A stretch of 64,000 bases of DNA from Octopus vulgaris. Lineage: Eukaryota. Positions 40,100-50,987 of the stretch are shown here, piece by piece; positions within the stretch are counted from its first letter, which is position 1, and the number at the start of each line of letters is the position of its first letter. Where the stretch lies: assembly GCA_951406725.2 (NCBI GenBank), contig OX597827.1, positions 46,066,001 through 46,130,000 on the forward strand. Direction: 5' to 3'. The notes beneath the pieces are model-generated. The model was not told the origin of the DNA, did no database searches, and worked only from the letters and a program-made list of their open reading frames with translations. Both the position numbers and the translations under genes were made by a program.

Positions 40100-40720
40100 A
40101 GAAACTTTGAAGACATGTACCGAGAGTGATAAAAATCAAACATCCGGTCAACATCATGGTGTTTGGAGTGATCATTAGTGATGGTGATGTTATGCCTCCA
40201 GTCATCTTCCCACAAGACTTCAGACTCAACACGGAGGCCTACTTCAAGTGCCTGGAGGAGGTACTGCTGCCCTCGGTCAAGAGGGTGTCTGGGAAAGGGA
40301 CTCTGCATCATACCACACAAGCAGGGGAACCCAGTCATGGCTGTCAGAAAATTTCTGCGACCACATCACCCCTAACATCTAGCCACCTAACTTTCCAAAC
40401 TACAACCCACCTCCTTGTTATGTGTGGGGCACAGTTGAGCGAGAGACCAACAAAAGTCCTTGTAACACCAAACATGAACTCACGGCAAGGATTATGGCAG
40501 CATTCACCAACTTGAACAAGGAGATCGTCCAGAAGAGTTGCAGGCGATTCCGAAGTCGTCTGGAAGCTATGGCTGAAGCAAATGGCAATCTTATTGAATA
40601 AATTTACTCTTTGGTATTTCAAGATATTTTTTATGTGATTTTGGTAAATATATCTGTTAAAATGAGATGTCAATGTTATCTTCATTTCTTAGACGTGATT
40701 TTATTAGTCTACTCATCGCA
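40100..40720 (+). pseudogene. Tc1/mariner-superfamily (maT/DD37D-like) transposase relic
   Basis: [45 protein letters not shown]; decayed PPNxPxxNP...YVWG; FRSRLEAMAEANG end. Confidence 0.75.
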
Positions 40721-40721
40721 T

Positions 40722-40771
<50 letters not shown>

Positions 40772-40772
<1 letters not shown>

Positions 40773-41155
40773 GAGTAAAACGCCCCCCGTCCAATGGACG
40801 GTGCTGAGTTATCAAACATTTAAACCAAATTTTCTCAAGACAACTTATTCCACCGTCCCATAGGCTTCCCCTTTAAGAAACACTGATTTAACCTAAATTT
40901 GAGACACCGTGCATTTTTCTCGCGTACGTATAGTATCGATCGCAACAGTTAATGCACTTGCGCGTACAAATGCACGTTCCCACGGCTTTATCGATCGCAT
41001 TTTTCCCTAGAATCGATTTTTGTAATTTTTTCAAGACTTATACACGCCCTGATACCGTCGGTATCTACATATCAAATTTGAGCGCAATCGGATGGAGGAT
41101 GCCCGAGATTCTAGAAGACACAGACAGACAGACAGAACGGATTTTATATAATAGA
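40772..41155 (-). mobile_element. Non-autonomous Helitron
   Basis: Minus strand A|TCTATTATATAAAATCC-(GTCT)n 5' end; 3' hairpin CCGTCCATTGGACGG then CTCG|T; inserted in (TA)n. Confidence 0.78.
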
Positions 41156-41163
41156 TATATGCA

Positions 41164-41194
<31 letters not shown>

Positions 41195-41328
41195 TACATA
41201 CGTACATATAGACAGTTAGACAGACAGACACACACACACATAGACACATATATATATATCTGTAAATTCCTCTATTTATACAATATCGAGGTTTCTTCCA
41301 TTCTTTTGTTGTCTTGCCATTTCTATCA

Positions 41329-41474
<146 letters not shown>

Positions 41475-41875
41475 GGATAGATAGGAATAAATGAAATATA
41501 TAAACGATGAGACATAAACACAAGTGTAGCCACGTACATTAACAGAAATATATTTGTATTTATATATTCATTTGGGCATTTATCAGACTTGCTCTAATCC
41601 CGACTTTAAAATGACTTCAAAATATTTTAATTAAGAATTCGCTGAAAACTTTGTGTGAGATCTTATACATGAAAGAACAGTGTGAGAAATCAAGGTCTCC
41701 TGATATAGTCTTTGTCATACGTCTGTTGTGGTTTGTGAGTCATGTTCAGCAACTTCGACAGTGTATGAGCGAGAGAATTTCCGATACCGTGCTCTCCTGA
41801 TTATGAATAACTGTGCGCGCATGCGCGTGTATGCGCAACAATGCTCGTGAAGCTGTGATGGGGGGACAAACACAA

Positions 41876-42945
41876 GGCGGCGAGCTGGCAGAAACGTTTG
41901 CACGCCGGGCGAAATGTGTAGCCGTATTTCGTGTGCCGCTACGTTCTGAGTTCAAATTCCACCGATTCGACTTTGAAGTCATTTTAAAGTCTGTCTTTAT
42001 GTTCTGAGTTCAAATTCCGTCGAGTTCGACTTTGCCTTTCATCCTTTCGGGGTCGATAAATTAAGTACCAGTTACGCACTGGGATCGATATAATCGACTT
42101 AATCCGTTTGTCTGTCCTTGTTTGTCCTCTCTGTGTTTAGCCTCTTGTGGGTAGTAAAGAAATAGGTATTATTAAAGACGGTGAGCTGGCAGAAACGTTA
42201 GCACGCCGGGCGAAATGCATAGCCGTATTTCGTCTGCCGTTACGTTCTGAGTTCAAATTCCACCGAGGTCGACTTTGCCTTTCATCCTTTCGGGGGTCGA
42301 TAAATAAAGTACCAGTTACGTACTGGGGTCGATGTAATCGACTTAATCCGTTTGTCTGTCCTTGTTTGTCCCCTCTGTGGTTAGCCCCTTGTAGGTAGTA
42401 AAAAATAGGTATTTCGTCTGCGCTACGTTCTGAGTTCAAGTTCCGGCGAGGTCGACTTTGCCTTTCATCCTTTCAAGGTCGATTAAATATGTACCAGTTA
42501 CACACTGAGGTCGATATAATCGACTTAATCCGTTTGTCTGTCCTTGTTTGTCCCTTCTGTGTTTAGCCCCTTGTGGGTAGTAAAGAAATAGGTATTTCGT
42601 CTGCCGTTACGTTCTGAGTTCAAATTCCGCCGAGGTCGACTTTGCCTTTCATCCTCTCGGGGTCGATAAATTAAGTACCAGTTACGCACTGGGGTCGATC
42701 TAATCGACTTAATATGTTTGTCTGTACCTCTGTGTGTAGCCCCTTGTGGGCAGTAAAGAAATAAGAAACGTTAGCACGCCGGAAGAAATGCTTAGCGGTA
42801 TTTCGTCAGCCGTTACGTTCTGAGTTCAAATTCCTCCCAGTTCGACTTTACCTTTTATCCTTTCGGGTTCGATAAATTAAGTACCAGTTGCGTACTGGAG
42901 TCAATCTTTCCCACAAAATTTCGAGCCTTGTGCCTAGTGTAGAAA
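41876..42945 (+). mobile_element. Tandem array of about 6 SINE B units
   Basis: GTTCTGAGTTCAA cores near 41943, 42001, 42244, 42427, 42611 and 42817. Confidence 0.9.
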
Positions 42946-42947
42946 AG

Positions 42948-43182
42948 ATGGGGGACAAGCACAAAGACACACACATATAGATATATACTTACATGTATAT
43001 GTGTGTGCGTGTGTCTGTGTGTATGCACGAAGGGCTTCTTTCAGTTTCCACCTACTAAATCCATCCACAAGTCTTTGGTCGACCCGAACTGTAGTAAAAG
43101 ACAATTGCCCATGTTGTAGTGAGACTGAACCCGAAGCCGTGTGGTTGAGAAGTAAACTTCTTACAACACACCCGCGCCTGCG
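42948..43182 (-). mobile_element. SINE A, diverged
   Basis: GGGCTTCTTTCAGTTTCC...GACTGAACCC. Confidence 0.75.
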
Positions 43183-44024
43183 TTTATCTATGCATTTGCA
43201 CTGAAATGTTTTTTATAAAATTATTTTAGCATTTTCTACCTTGACTTTCTTTTCCATATATATCAACTCGTGTATTCCTTATCCACCATCTACACACACA
43301 CGCACACATATATATATACATGTGTGTGTGTGTGTGTGTGTATATATAAACTACGTGCTTGCATACAACAGTTCCCATCTCCGAAACTCACTTCGAAAGC
43401 ATTAATCCACCCAGAGCCATAGTAAAGAGACCGATAGAATAAGTGTCAAGCTTAAAAATAAGTACTGGAGTCGATTAGTCTGACTAAAAGCTATTCAAGG
43501 TGGTGCCCCAGCATGGCCGCAGTTCAGTGACTGAAACAAGTAAACGATAAAAAAAAAGTAAAATTATGTACAGACACATTGATTTCGATATCAAATTCTA
43601 CGGCTTTTAGTCCTTACTTTTTTTATGGTTTGAGCATCTACCCCAAACACGAAACATGTACCTCAAACAGTCTGTAGAAAAGAATAGTAGAGATTCAGCA
43701 GTTCGAGCTTTTGTCCCCAAATCATTTTTTTCTTCTTTTCTTAGCTTAAGAAATATCAATCCGACCAACAGTTGAACTCTTGCTCCATAACTATTTCCTT
43801 CGTGTTCCTTTCAATATTCTAACGCTTTGGTCTCTTGGTTACATCAGAACAGATTCGCGTGCCAAGATGCCATGTGTTGCTATTACCATGGGAAAGTTTT
43901 CCGATGTTAAAAACTATAGTCTAATGTAATTGAAATACTTTGTATATTTTCTTCTTTAGATCACTATGAATAATAGTATGCGACTTTTGTTGAGTTTTTT
44001 TTTCTCTCGTCTTTTTGCGCTCTG

Positions 44025-44525
44025 CTGCTATGACAATGGGAAAGCAATTCCATTAGTTTTCCAACAAGACTCAGTGTACAAAACCTTGGTGACTTCGATC
44101 CTGCTGCATGCGTGTGAGAGCTGAAATCTTACAGCTGACGTGGAGCGAAAGATCCAGGCATTTGAGCACAAGTGCTTCAGAAGGCTATTACACATCCTAT
44201 TCACAAAGCACAAAACGAACAGCATTGTCAGGCAGCAAGCCAACAGATACGCTGGCAGACAAGAACCACTCTTAAGCAAGTAAAAGGACGAAAGCTTTCC
44301 TAGTACGGTCATGTATCCCGCCACAGTTCCCTGTTCGAAACAATTCTTCAGGACACAGCTGAGACAAGACGAATAAGAGACAGACTGAGAAAATCCTGGT
44401 TTGACAACATCAGGGACTGAACAGGCCACAACACAGCGAATCTGCTACGCATGACATACCAGAGACTAGCGGCGACGGCTGACTATGAAAACGTCTAGAG
44501 TAACACCTCAGCGACTGGCTTCATC
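44025..44525 (+). pseudogene. RTE-clade LINE 3' end
   Basis: VYKTLVTSILLHACES*NLTADVERKIQAFEHKCFRRLLHI...RKLS*YGHVSR...TILQ...RKSWFDNIRD; (TGA)n tail resumes at 45204-45222. Confidence 0.85.
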
Positions 44526-44533
44526 AGTTAAGG

Positions 44534-45195
44534 CAGGGGTTCTCAGCCATTTTTTTCATCTATGGATCCCTTTGATTACTTTTTATTCTGGTGGACCCCC
44601 GTAGCAATTCGATGCTTAAAAACTAATTTTATACAAACTTCTTTCAAAATTCCTACTTTATTTTTCAAACATTAACTCGTGTAGGTTGAACTATGCAACA
44701 TGCTAGAGAAAAAAAAAAACGTAACTGTTTCTTGCAGTGACTGGTAATAAAGTCTCAAGAAAAAAACCTCACAGTAATAAAGTTACAATTTTGGCTAGGA
44801 AAAAAAAATTACAATTAATTTATGGTAGCCGGTAATTAAGTTACAGAAAAAAAAGTCACAATTGATTTATGGTGGCCGGCAATAAAGTCACAGGAAAAAA
44901 AGTCACAATTAATTTATGGGATCCGGACAAACCCCCTCGGACAACCCCCTCTCCCCCGGACAAAACCCCTGTGACATTTTTTCCTGTAACTTTATTACTG
45001 GGACTTTTTTTCTGTGACTGTTTTTTTTTTTTACCTGGATTCGTTTCTTGCAATACATACACCTAAGGCAGAATTTTTTCAGGGGCCCTTAAAATACTGC
45101 TGTGGATCTCCAATTTACTATTTAGTTGTGTGAACCCCACCCCAAAATCTTATATGGACCTCAGGGGCTATATGGACCCCGGTTGAGAACCACTG
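44534..45195. mobile_element. hAT MITE with 8-bp TSD
   Basis: TIRs CAGGGGTTCTCAGCC / GGTTGAGAACCACTG; TSD AGTTAAGG at 44526-44533 and 45196-45203. Confidence 0.9.
44737..45042. mobile_element. Nested fold-back MITE (Mutator-like)
   Basis: AAAAAAAGTCAC/GTAATAAAGTTAC subrepeats inverted at the right end; flanking direct repeat GTTTCTTGCA at 44727 and 45043. Confidence 0.55.
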
Positions 45196-45409
45196 AGTTA
45201 AGGGATCTTAATGATGATGATCATGAACATTGGGTTCTAATCTGTTTTATGACTTAATTTTTTAAAAAAAAGAAAGAAAAGAAATAAATTAATATTAATC
45301 TCCTTCATGCTCTTGGCTTCGGACTTCAAAACCCAGAACAAGCCTAAAATATTCCGATTGCGAACTGGGATTAACTGTCTTAAGAAGATTGTGACAAAAT
45401 ATGAGAGAA

Positions 45410-45592
45410 ATGAGAGAGAGGGAGGGGATGATGATGGACGAGGAAGAGGAGTTGCTGGTGGAAGTAGTGGTTATGGTGGTGTCGGCGGAGGAAGAGGAGG
45501 AGGTGAGGGAGGAGGAGGTGGTGAGGGAAGAGGAAGTGGTGAGGGGGTAGGAGATGATGATGATGATGATGAGGAGGAGGAGGAGGAGGCGG
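45410..45592. repeat. Purine-rich (GGA/GGT/GAT) low-complexity tract
   Basis: Mixed trinucleotide repeats. Confidence 0.85.
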
Positions 45593-46594
45593 TATTTTGT
45601 TTATCGGTCCTGAAAGTATGAAAGGATTTGAACTCCGAGAACAGACGACTAGGTGAAGCACTGAAAGGCATTCTATTTGACACACCAACGACATAGCTGG
45701 GGGTGGGGGTGGAGTAGCGGTTCGCCCCGGGCGGCACTTTTAAAGGGGAACCACTTTTGGGTCTGCTGTAGGCAATATGTGTTTTCTGTGGGATCTGGGG
45801 TTGGCAAACAGAAGGGCCGCCCCGAGTGACGCACACTCAAGCTACGCTAGTGGCTAACAACTCCACCAGATCACCGCTTTCAGAGAGAAAAATATATTTA
45901 ACTGTTATTTCTATCAGGTTCGCCACTCGTATTGCTCGACGCTCTTCTTCTCTTGTCTGAAACAGAATCAATGCATGTCAAATCTTGAATCCTTAGAAAC
46001 CGTACAACATTCTGGTTGTTGGGTAAACAGATTTAATATTTCAATATCAATTTCTTGCCTATCTTTTAGCGAACAATTACTGAATCGTTATGTCGATCAC
46101 AATATCGCTATTTCAAATATATAATCAACAATCACTTTGTTGTATGCAAGAAAGCTCCGATTTGTATATATAGTTTATTAATTCTATCGCCATATTCCTT
46201 ACTAACAAAGCATCTCTCATACGATATGTTTTCATCAATACCGATATAATTGTATCATAATTCACTGAAGCATGAGACTTCGCTTATATTTCATTTATGA
46301 TAATATTTTTAATAAACATGTGCTCCCTTTAACGCTTACAGCTATTAAAGGAGATAATCGTTTCTCTAAAATTCAAAACAGGATTAGAAATTCGAAATTA
46401 AAATTAGGAAATTATATCGAAAAATATGCATAAAGACACGCGCGCGCGCAAATTTGTTTATTTCATACGAAGTCCTTAAAATTTCTGGTGATTGGTAATC
46501 ATTTGTAGCACTATTTCATTCTTTTTAGAAATCACCAGCATGTGATTCTCTACAATTATTGGCACCACAAAACTCACAGCGTCCTCATATGTAT

Positions 46595-46960
46595 ACGACG
46601 GACTTCCTTCAGTTTCCGTTTACCAAATCTACTCACATGGCTTTGGTCGGTTCGAGGATATAGTGGACGACATTTGCCCAAAGTGTCATGCATGTGATTG
46701 TGAAGCAAGCTTCTTACCACAGTCACGCCTCATATATGTATATTTTCGTTTACCTATTTCATTCATTAGACTGCGGCCATACTAGGGCACCACCTTGGAG
46801 AATTTTTTGTCGAATGAATCGATCCCAGTACTAATTTTTTTTTATATGCGTGGTACTTATTTTATTGGTTCCTTTTGTCGAACTGCCTAGTTACGGAGAG
46901 ATAAACAAACCAAGATCAGTTGTAAGGCAGTGATGGATCTCAAACACAGACGCACACGCA
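46595..46960 (-). mobile_element. Two partial SINE A copies
   Basis: Head 46595-46730, tail 46750-46960. Confidence 0.72.
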
Positions 46961-47037
46961 CACACACGTCCATACACAGAGACACACACACATACATACA
47001 TACATTCATACATACATACATACATACATACATACAT

Positions 47038-47068
<31 letters not shown>

Positions 47069-47072
47069 TACA

Positions 47073-47103
<31 letters not shown>

Positions 47104-47106
47104 GTA

Positions 47107-47159
<53 letters not shown>

Positions 47160-47254
47160 AGATTAGCTCGTATACGAGTGGGTATATATTTGTAAAAAAT
47201 GAAGTTTGAAAATGCTGCTATATTAGACAAATTTTAATTTTTATATATACATTA

Positions 47255-47303
47255 TTTATTTAACATGTTTCGGTTCTTGAAATGACGAACCTTATCAAAA
47301 AAA
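47255..47303 (-). ncRNA. Degenerate hammerhead motif
   Basis: TTGATAA-GGTTC-GTCATTTCAA-GAACC-GAAA-CATG-TT: perfect stem II, palindromic ACATGT, two transitions in the core. Confidence 0.4.
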
Positions 47304-47649
47304 ATTATATAAAAAAAAGATAGTTCATGCTATCAAATATAAAAAAATTCATATATAATATTCAATAGAGTCAAACATAAAAAATTCATATATAGTAAAG
47401 CGAGTCCATGCTATATGTTTTAAGAGTATGATGTAGTAGTTCATAGTGGTGATATGCATTCAATAGAGTCAAATATAAAAAAAATTCATGTTCTTGAAAA
47501 AGCGAGGAATTCATTTTAGATTTTACCTTGTGTTCCAATGGGAGCAACTGTAATGATTTTTGGTTGGTGTCTGTTCGTATAGTTTTGGTGAATTTTGTGA
47601 ATTGTTTGGGTTTATATCAGCTCAGTTTAGCTGTCTCACTTGCATTTTT

Positions 47650-48190
47650 CACTGACGTCATATAGTTCCCAACCAATCAAAACTCAGTCTCAACGAATAT
47701 ATCCTGTTAGGAAACCAACCAAGCAGAACGACAGTTTGGCCACGGAAGAAATACGTCATCCTTGTTTTTGACGGATTGAAATTAGATCTGATCCATGACT
47801 GTATCCTGTTAGGTGGCTAGTCCAGCGGAACGAGACGTCATCAATGTTTTGACCAATCATCTCGTTAGGTGGCTAGTCCAGCAGAACGGGACGTCATCAA
47901 TGTTTTGACCAATCATCCCGTTAGGTGGCTAATCCAGCAGAACGAGACGTCATCAATGTTTTGACTAATCAGAATCGGGTCTGACCTATAGCTGTATTAG
48001 ATCTGACCCATGACTGTATCCTGTTATTTGGCTAGTCCAGCGGAACGAGACGTCATCAATGTTTTGACCAATCAGAATCGGGTCTGACCCTTAGCTGTAT
48101 CGTGTGTGGAAACCGACCAAGCAGGGTGACAATAGCTTGCCCACTGAGGTAATACGTCATCAGTTTCTTGACGAATCAGGATTAGATCTG
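47650..48190. repeat. 56-bp-period minisatellite rich in GACGTCA and CCAAT motifs
   Basis: GACGTCATC at 47834, 47890, 47946, 48049; variants at 47654, 47752, 48152. Confidence 0.85.
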
Positions 48191-48228
48191 CTCGTAGAGA
48201 TCTTTTTATAAATTTTTTCTTTCCCTAA

Positions 48229-48277
<49 letters not shown>

Positions 48278-48279
<2 letters not shown>

Positions 48280-48436
48280 GACGGACTTCCTTCAGTTTCC
48301 GTTTACCAGATCTACTCACTTGGCTTTGGTCGGTTCGAGGATATAGTGGCTGGCAATTGCCCAAGGTGCCACGCAGTGGGACTGAACTAAAAACTATGTG
48401 ATTGTGAAGCAAGCTTCTTACCACAGTCACGCCTCT
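48278..48436 (-). mobile_element. SINE A, 5' half
   Basis: Family A head. Confidence 0.85.
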
Positions 48437-48905
48437 GATATATATAAAAAAACAATGAAATTATAAGCTTGACAGTGTTACATAATTCTCTTCATATATT
48501 TATGGCTAAATAAACACTTCAAGACAATTATGGCGGTAATGGATCTCAGTCGTTCAACGATGAGGATTCAGTTGTTCAATAAACTGAATTAACTGCATCT
48601 GAATTAATCTGTAAGTGTCTGAGTATTCTGTAAACACATGTAGCCCTTAACGTAATTCTCACACAGTGTCAGTATGACGTTGCGTATGTGTGTGTACATA
48701 TACAACTCACCCGACGGACTTCAGTACAGTTTCCGCCAACTGAATTTGACCCACAAGCTATGAGTTGTCTTCAGACTACAGAAAATTACAATTGGCCAAG
48801 ATGTCATGCTGTGGGATCGAACCGCGACCTCGTAGTTGCGAAGTAAACTTCTTAACCATTCGGCCATACACCGCCTAAACACACAAATCATATATATATA
48901 TATAT

Positions 48906-49251
48906 ACCCGCTCTACGCGCGGGTAAGAGTGTGGTTGTTACTTTCTGTTGCTTCCTTTCAGCACGTAAAAAGCACCATCAGAACGTGGCCGATTGCAGCG
49001 CCGCCTTGACTGGCTTCTGTGCCGGTGACACGTAAAAAGCACCAACCGATCGTGGCCGCTGTCAGCTCCCCTGGCACCTGTGCCGGCGGCACGAAAAAAG
49101 CACCCACTACGCTCACAGAGTGGTTGGCGTTAGGAAGGGCATCCACCTGTAGAAACACTGCCAGATCAGACTGGAGCCTGGTGCAGCCTCCTGGCTTCCC
49201 AGATCCCGGTCAAACTGTCCAACCCGTGCTAGCACGGAAAACGGACGTTAA

Positions 49252-49290
<39 letters not shown>

Positions 49291-50147
49291 CTCCCTCTTT
49301 GTTTCTCTCTCCTTTCTCTCTCACTTTCCCCACTCTCTTACTCTTCCTTTCTCTCGGACTCTCCCCGCTTTCTCTTACTCTCTATCTTTATCTATCTCTC
49401 TCCCATTTATAAACAACAAAAGATCTTGATTAAGTTGAGAAATAAAATATTTAGAAAGATCAATCATAAATATCAGGCAGTAACAACGGAAAGGTCTGCT
49501 TCAAGGCAGACAGCAAAACACTAACATTTAAGAGGGACAGACGAACTTGTGAGCTGAATAAAAATAATAAAATATTGGAAACCAAAGTTTGAAGGGATAG
49601 AATCTGAGGATAGTAGAGTCACCATGGCTGGCATTTCTTAACGACGGACAGCAACGTTTTGACAGTTTAACGGCTGGCGTAAAATTTTGAACTTGATGTA
49701 AAAGAAAATCCCTAAACACCAAGTTTTGAAGTGATTCTTTCTCACGGCAGTAGACTCACGATGGCAAGCATTCAAAACTTCTTCATCATGGACGGCAACA
49801 CATTGACGATTAAAAGGCTGACGCAAATTTTTTAGCTTGATGTAACAGAGAATTCCTAAACACCCGCTCCTTTAAATTTGAATCCCCTTCCAGCCCCATT
49901 TAGACTCCTTTTCACATTTTGGTTAATATAACCCGATTTCATTCGGGTCTACTGGGGCCACATTTTATAAGATGATGAATTTTGTCCTAGAGGTCACGCC
50001 TTTCATTTGAGGAAAAAAATTAGTTGTCATGCAAACCTGCCAGCACTTTTAACATAGGTCTGCATATTTTTAACTCAACCGACCACATAATGCACACATT
50101 ATATATATATATATGTGTGTGTATGTATATATATATATATATATATA

Positions 50148-50219
<72 letters not shown>

Positions 50220-50987
50220 GGAGTCTCCCTCATACGTGAGCGTTGACGCTGAATTCGACTGGTAAGCAGGTAACCTTGTCTTAGTTGAAATAGTTGTGAG
50301 CTGCTGGAGTTATATCTCTGACGGGTAATAGGAATTTCCATATCCTCCGAGGAAACGAACTGTTGACCCAGACAATTAGAATTAATTTTAATAAAATCAT
50401 CAATTTAAGAAAAAATAATAAACTAGTAAAAAATGAAAATTTAGCCCGAAAAATTTGCAGGGTTCTAAATAAATGTTAAAATGTAATAGATACGAAAAAC
50501 CTACGTTATCACCAGAACACGAACGCTCGTTGGTGTGTTCTGTTTGTATTTGCTCCATCGGCGCGTTGACAGGCAGACAATAGAATGCGATGGCGAGATT
50601 CATAATATTTGTTGTCATGATTGTGTGTTGGATGTGGCGATGATAATTCTCTCTATGAATGCAGACAGATACATAAAAGAACGCCGTTTGACGAAGTGAA
50701 AGTGATGGGAAGGTAGGAAATAGAGTGAGTGAAAAAGTGCTGGGAAGGGAGGAAATAGCGTGAGTGAGTGAGGAAGACAGATACATTAAAGAATGGGAGT
50801 GGACTTGTCAAGTGGGTTTTTGGCCCTAGCAACGACACCTTTTAAGATAGGGATTTCTAACGTAGCCCACGGGCATCGTCACCTCATTTTACATGTCCCT
50901 GTAAATTTTGGAGTCAATCCGACGGGATGTAGTGGCCTTGAAAGCGATCCAAGCGGTCCAAACGCATTTCAGTTTTATATATAGAGA
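48906..50987 (-). mobile_element. Non-autonomous Helitron, unit 1 of tandem dimer
   Basis: 5' TCTCTATATATAAAACTG at 50987; 3' hairpin ACCCGCGCGTAGAGCGGGT at 48906 with the terminal CTAG lost. Confidence 0.8.

Noticed and set aside
39455-40129. 224-aa plus-strand ORF
   Set aside because: Antisense to the PLE RT relic, then runs through microsatellite.
45307-45836. Gly/Asp/Glu-rich and Pro/Ser-rich ORFs
   Set aside because: Low-complexity trinucleotide tract; no splice or domain support.
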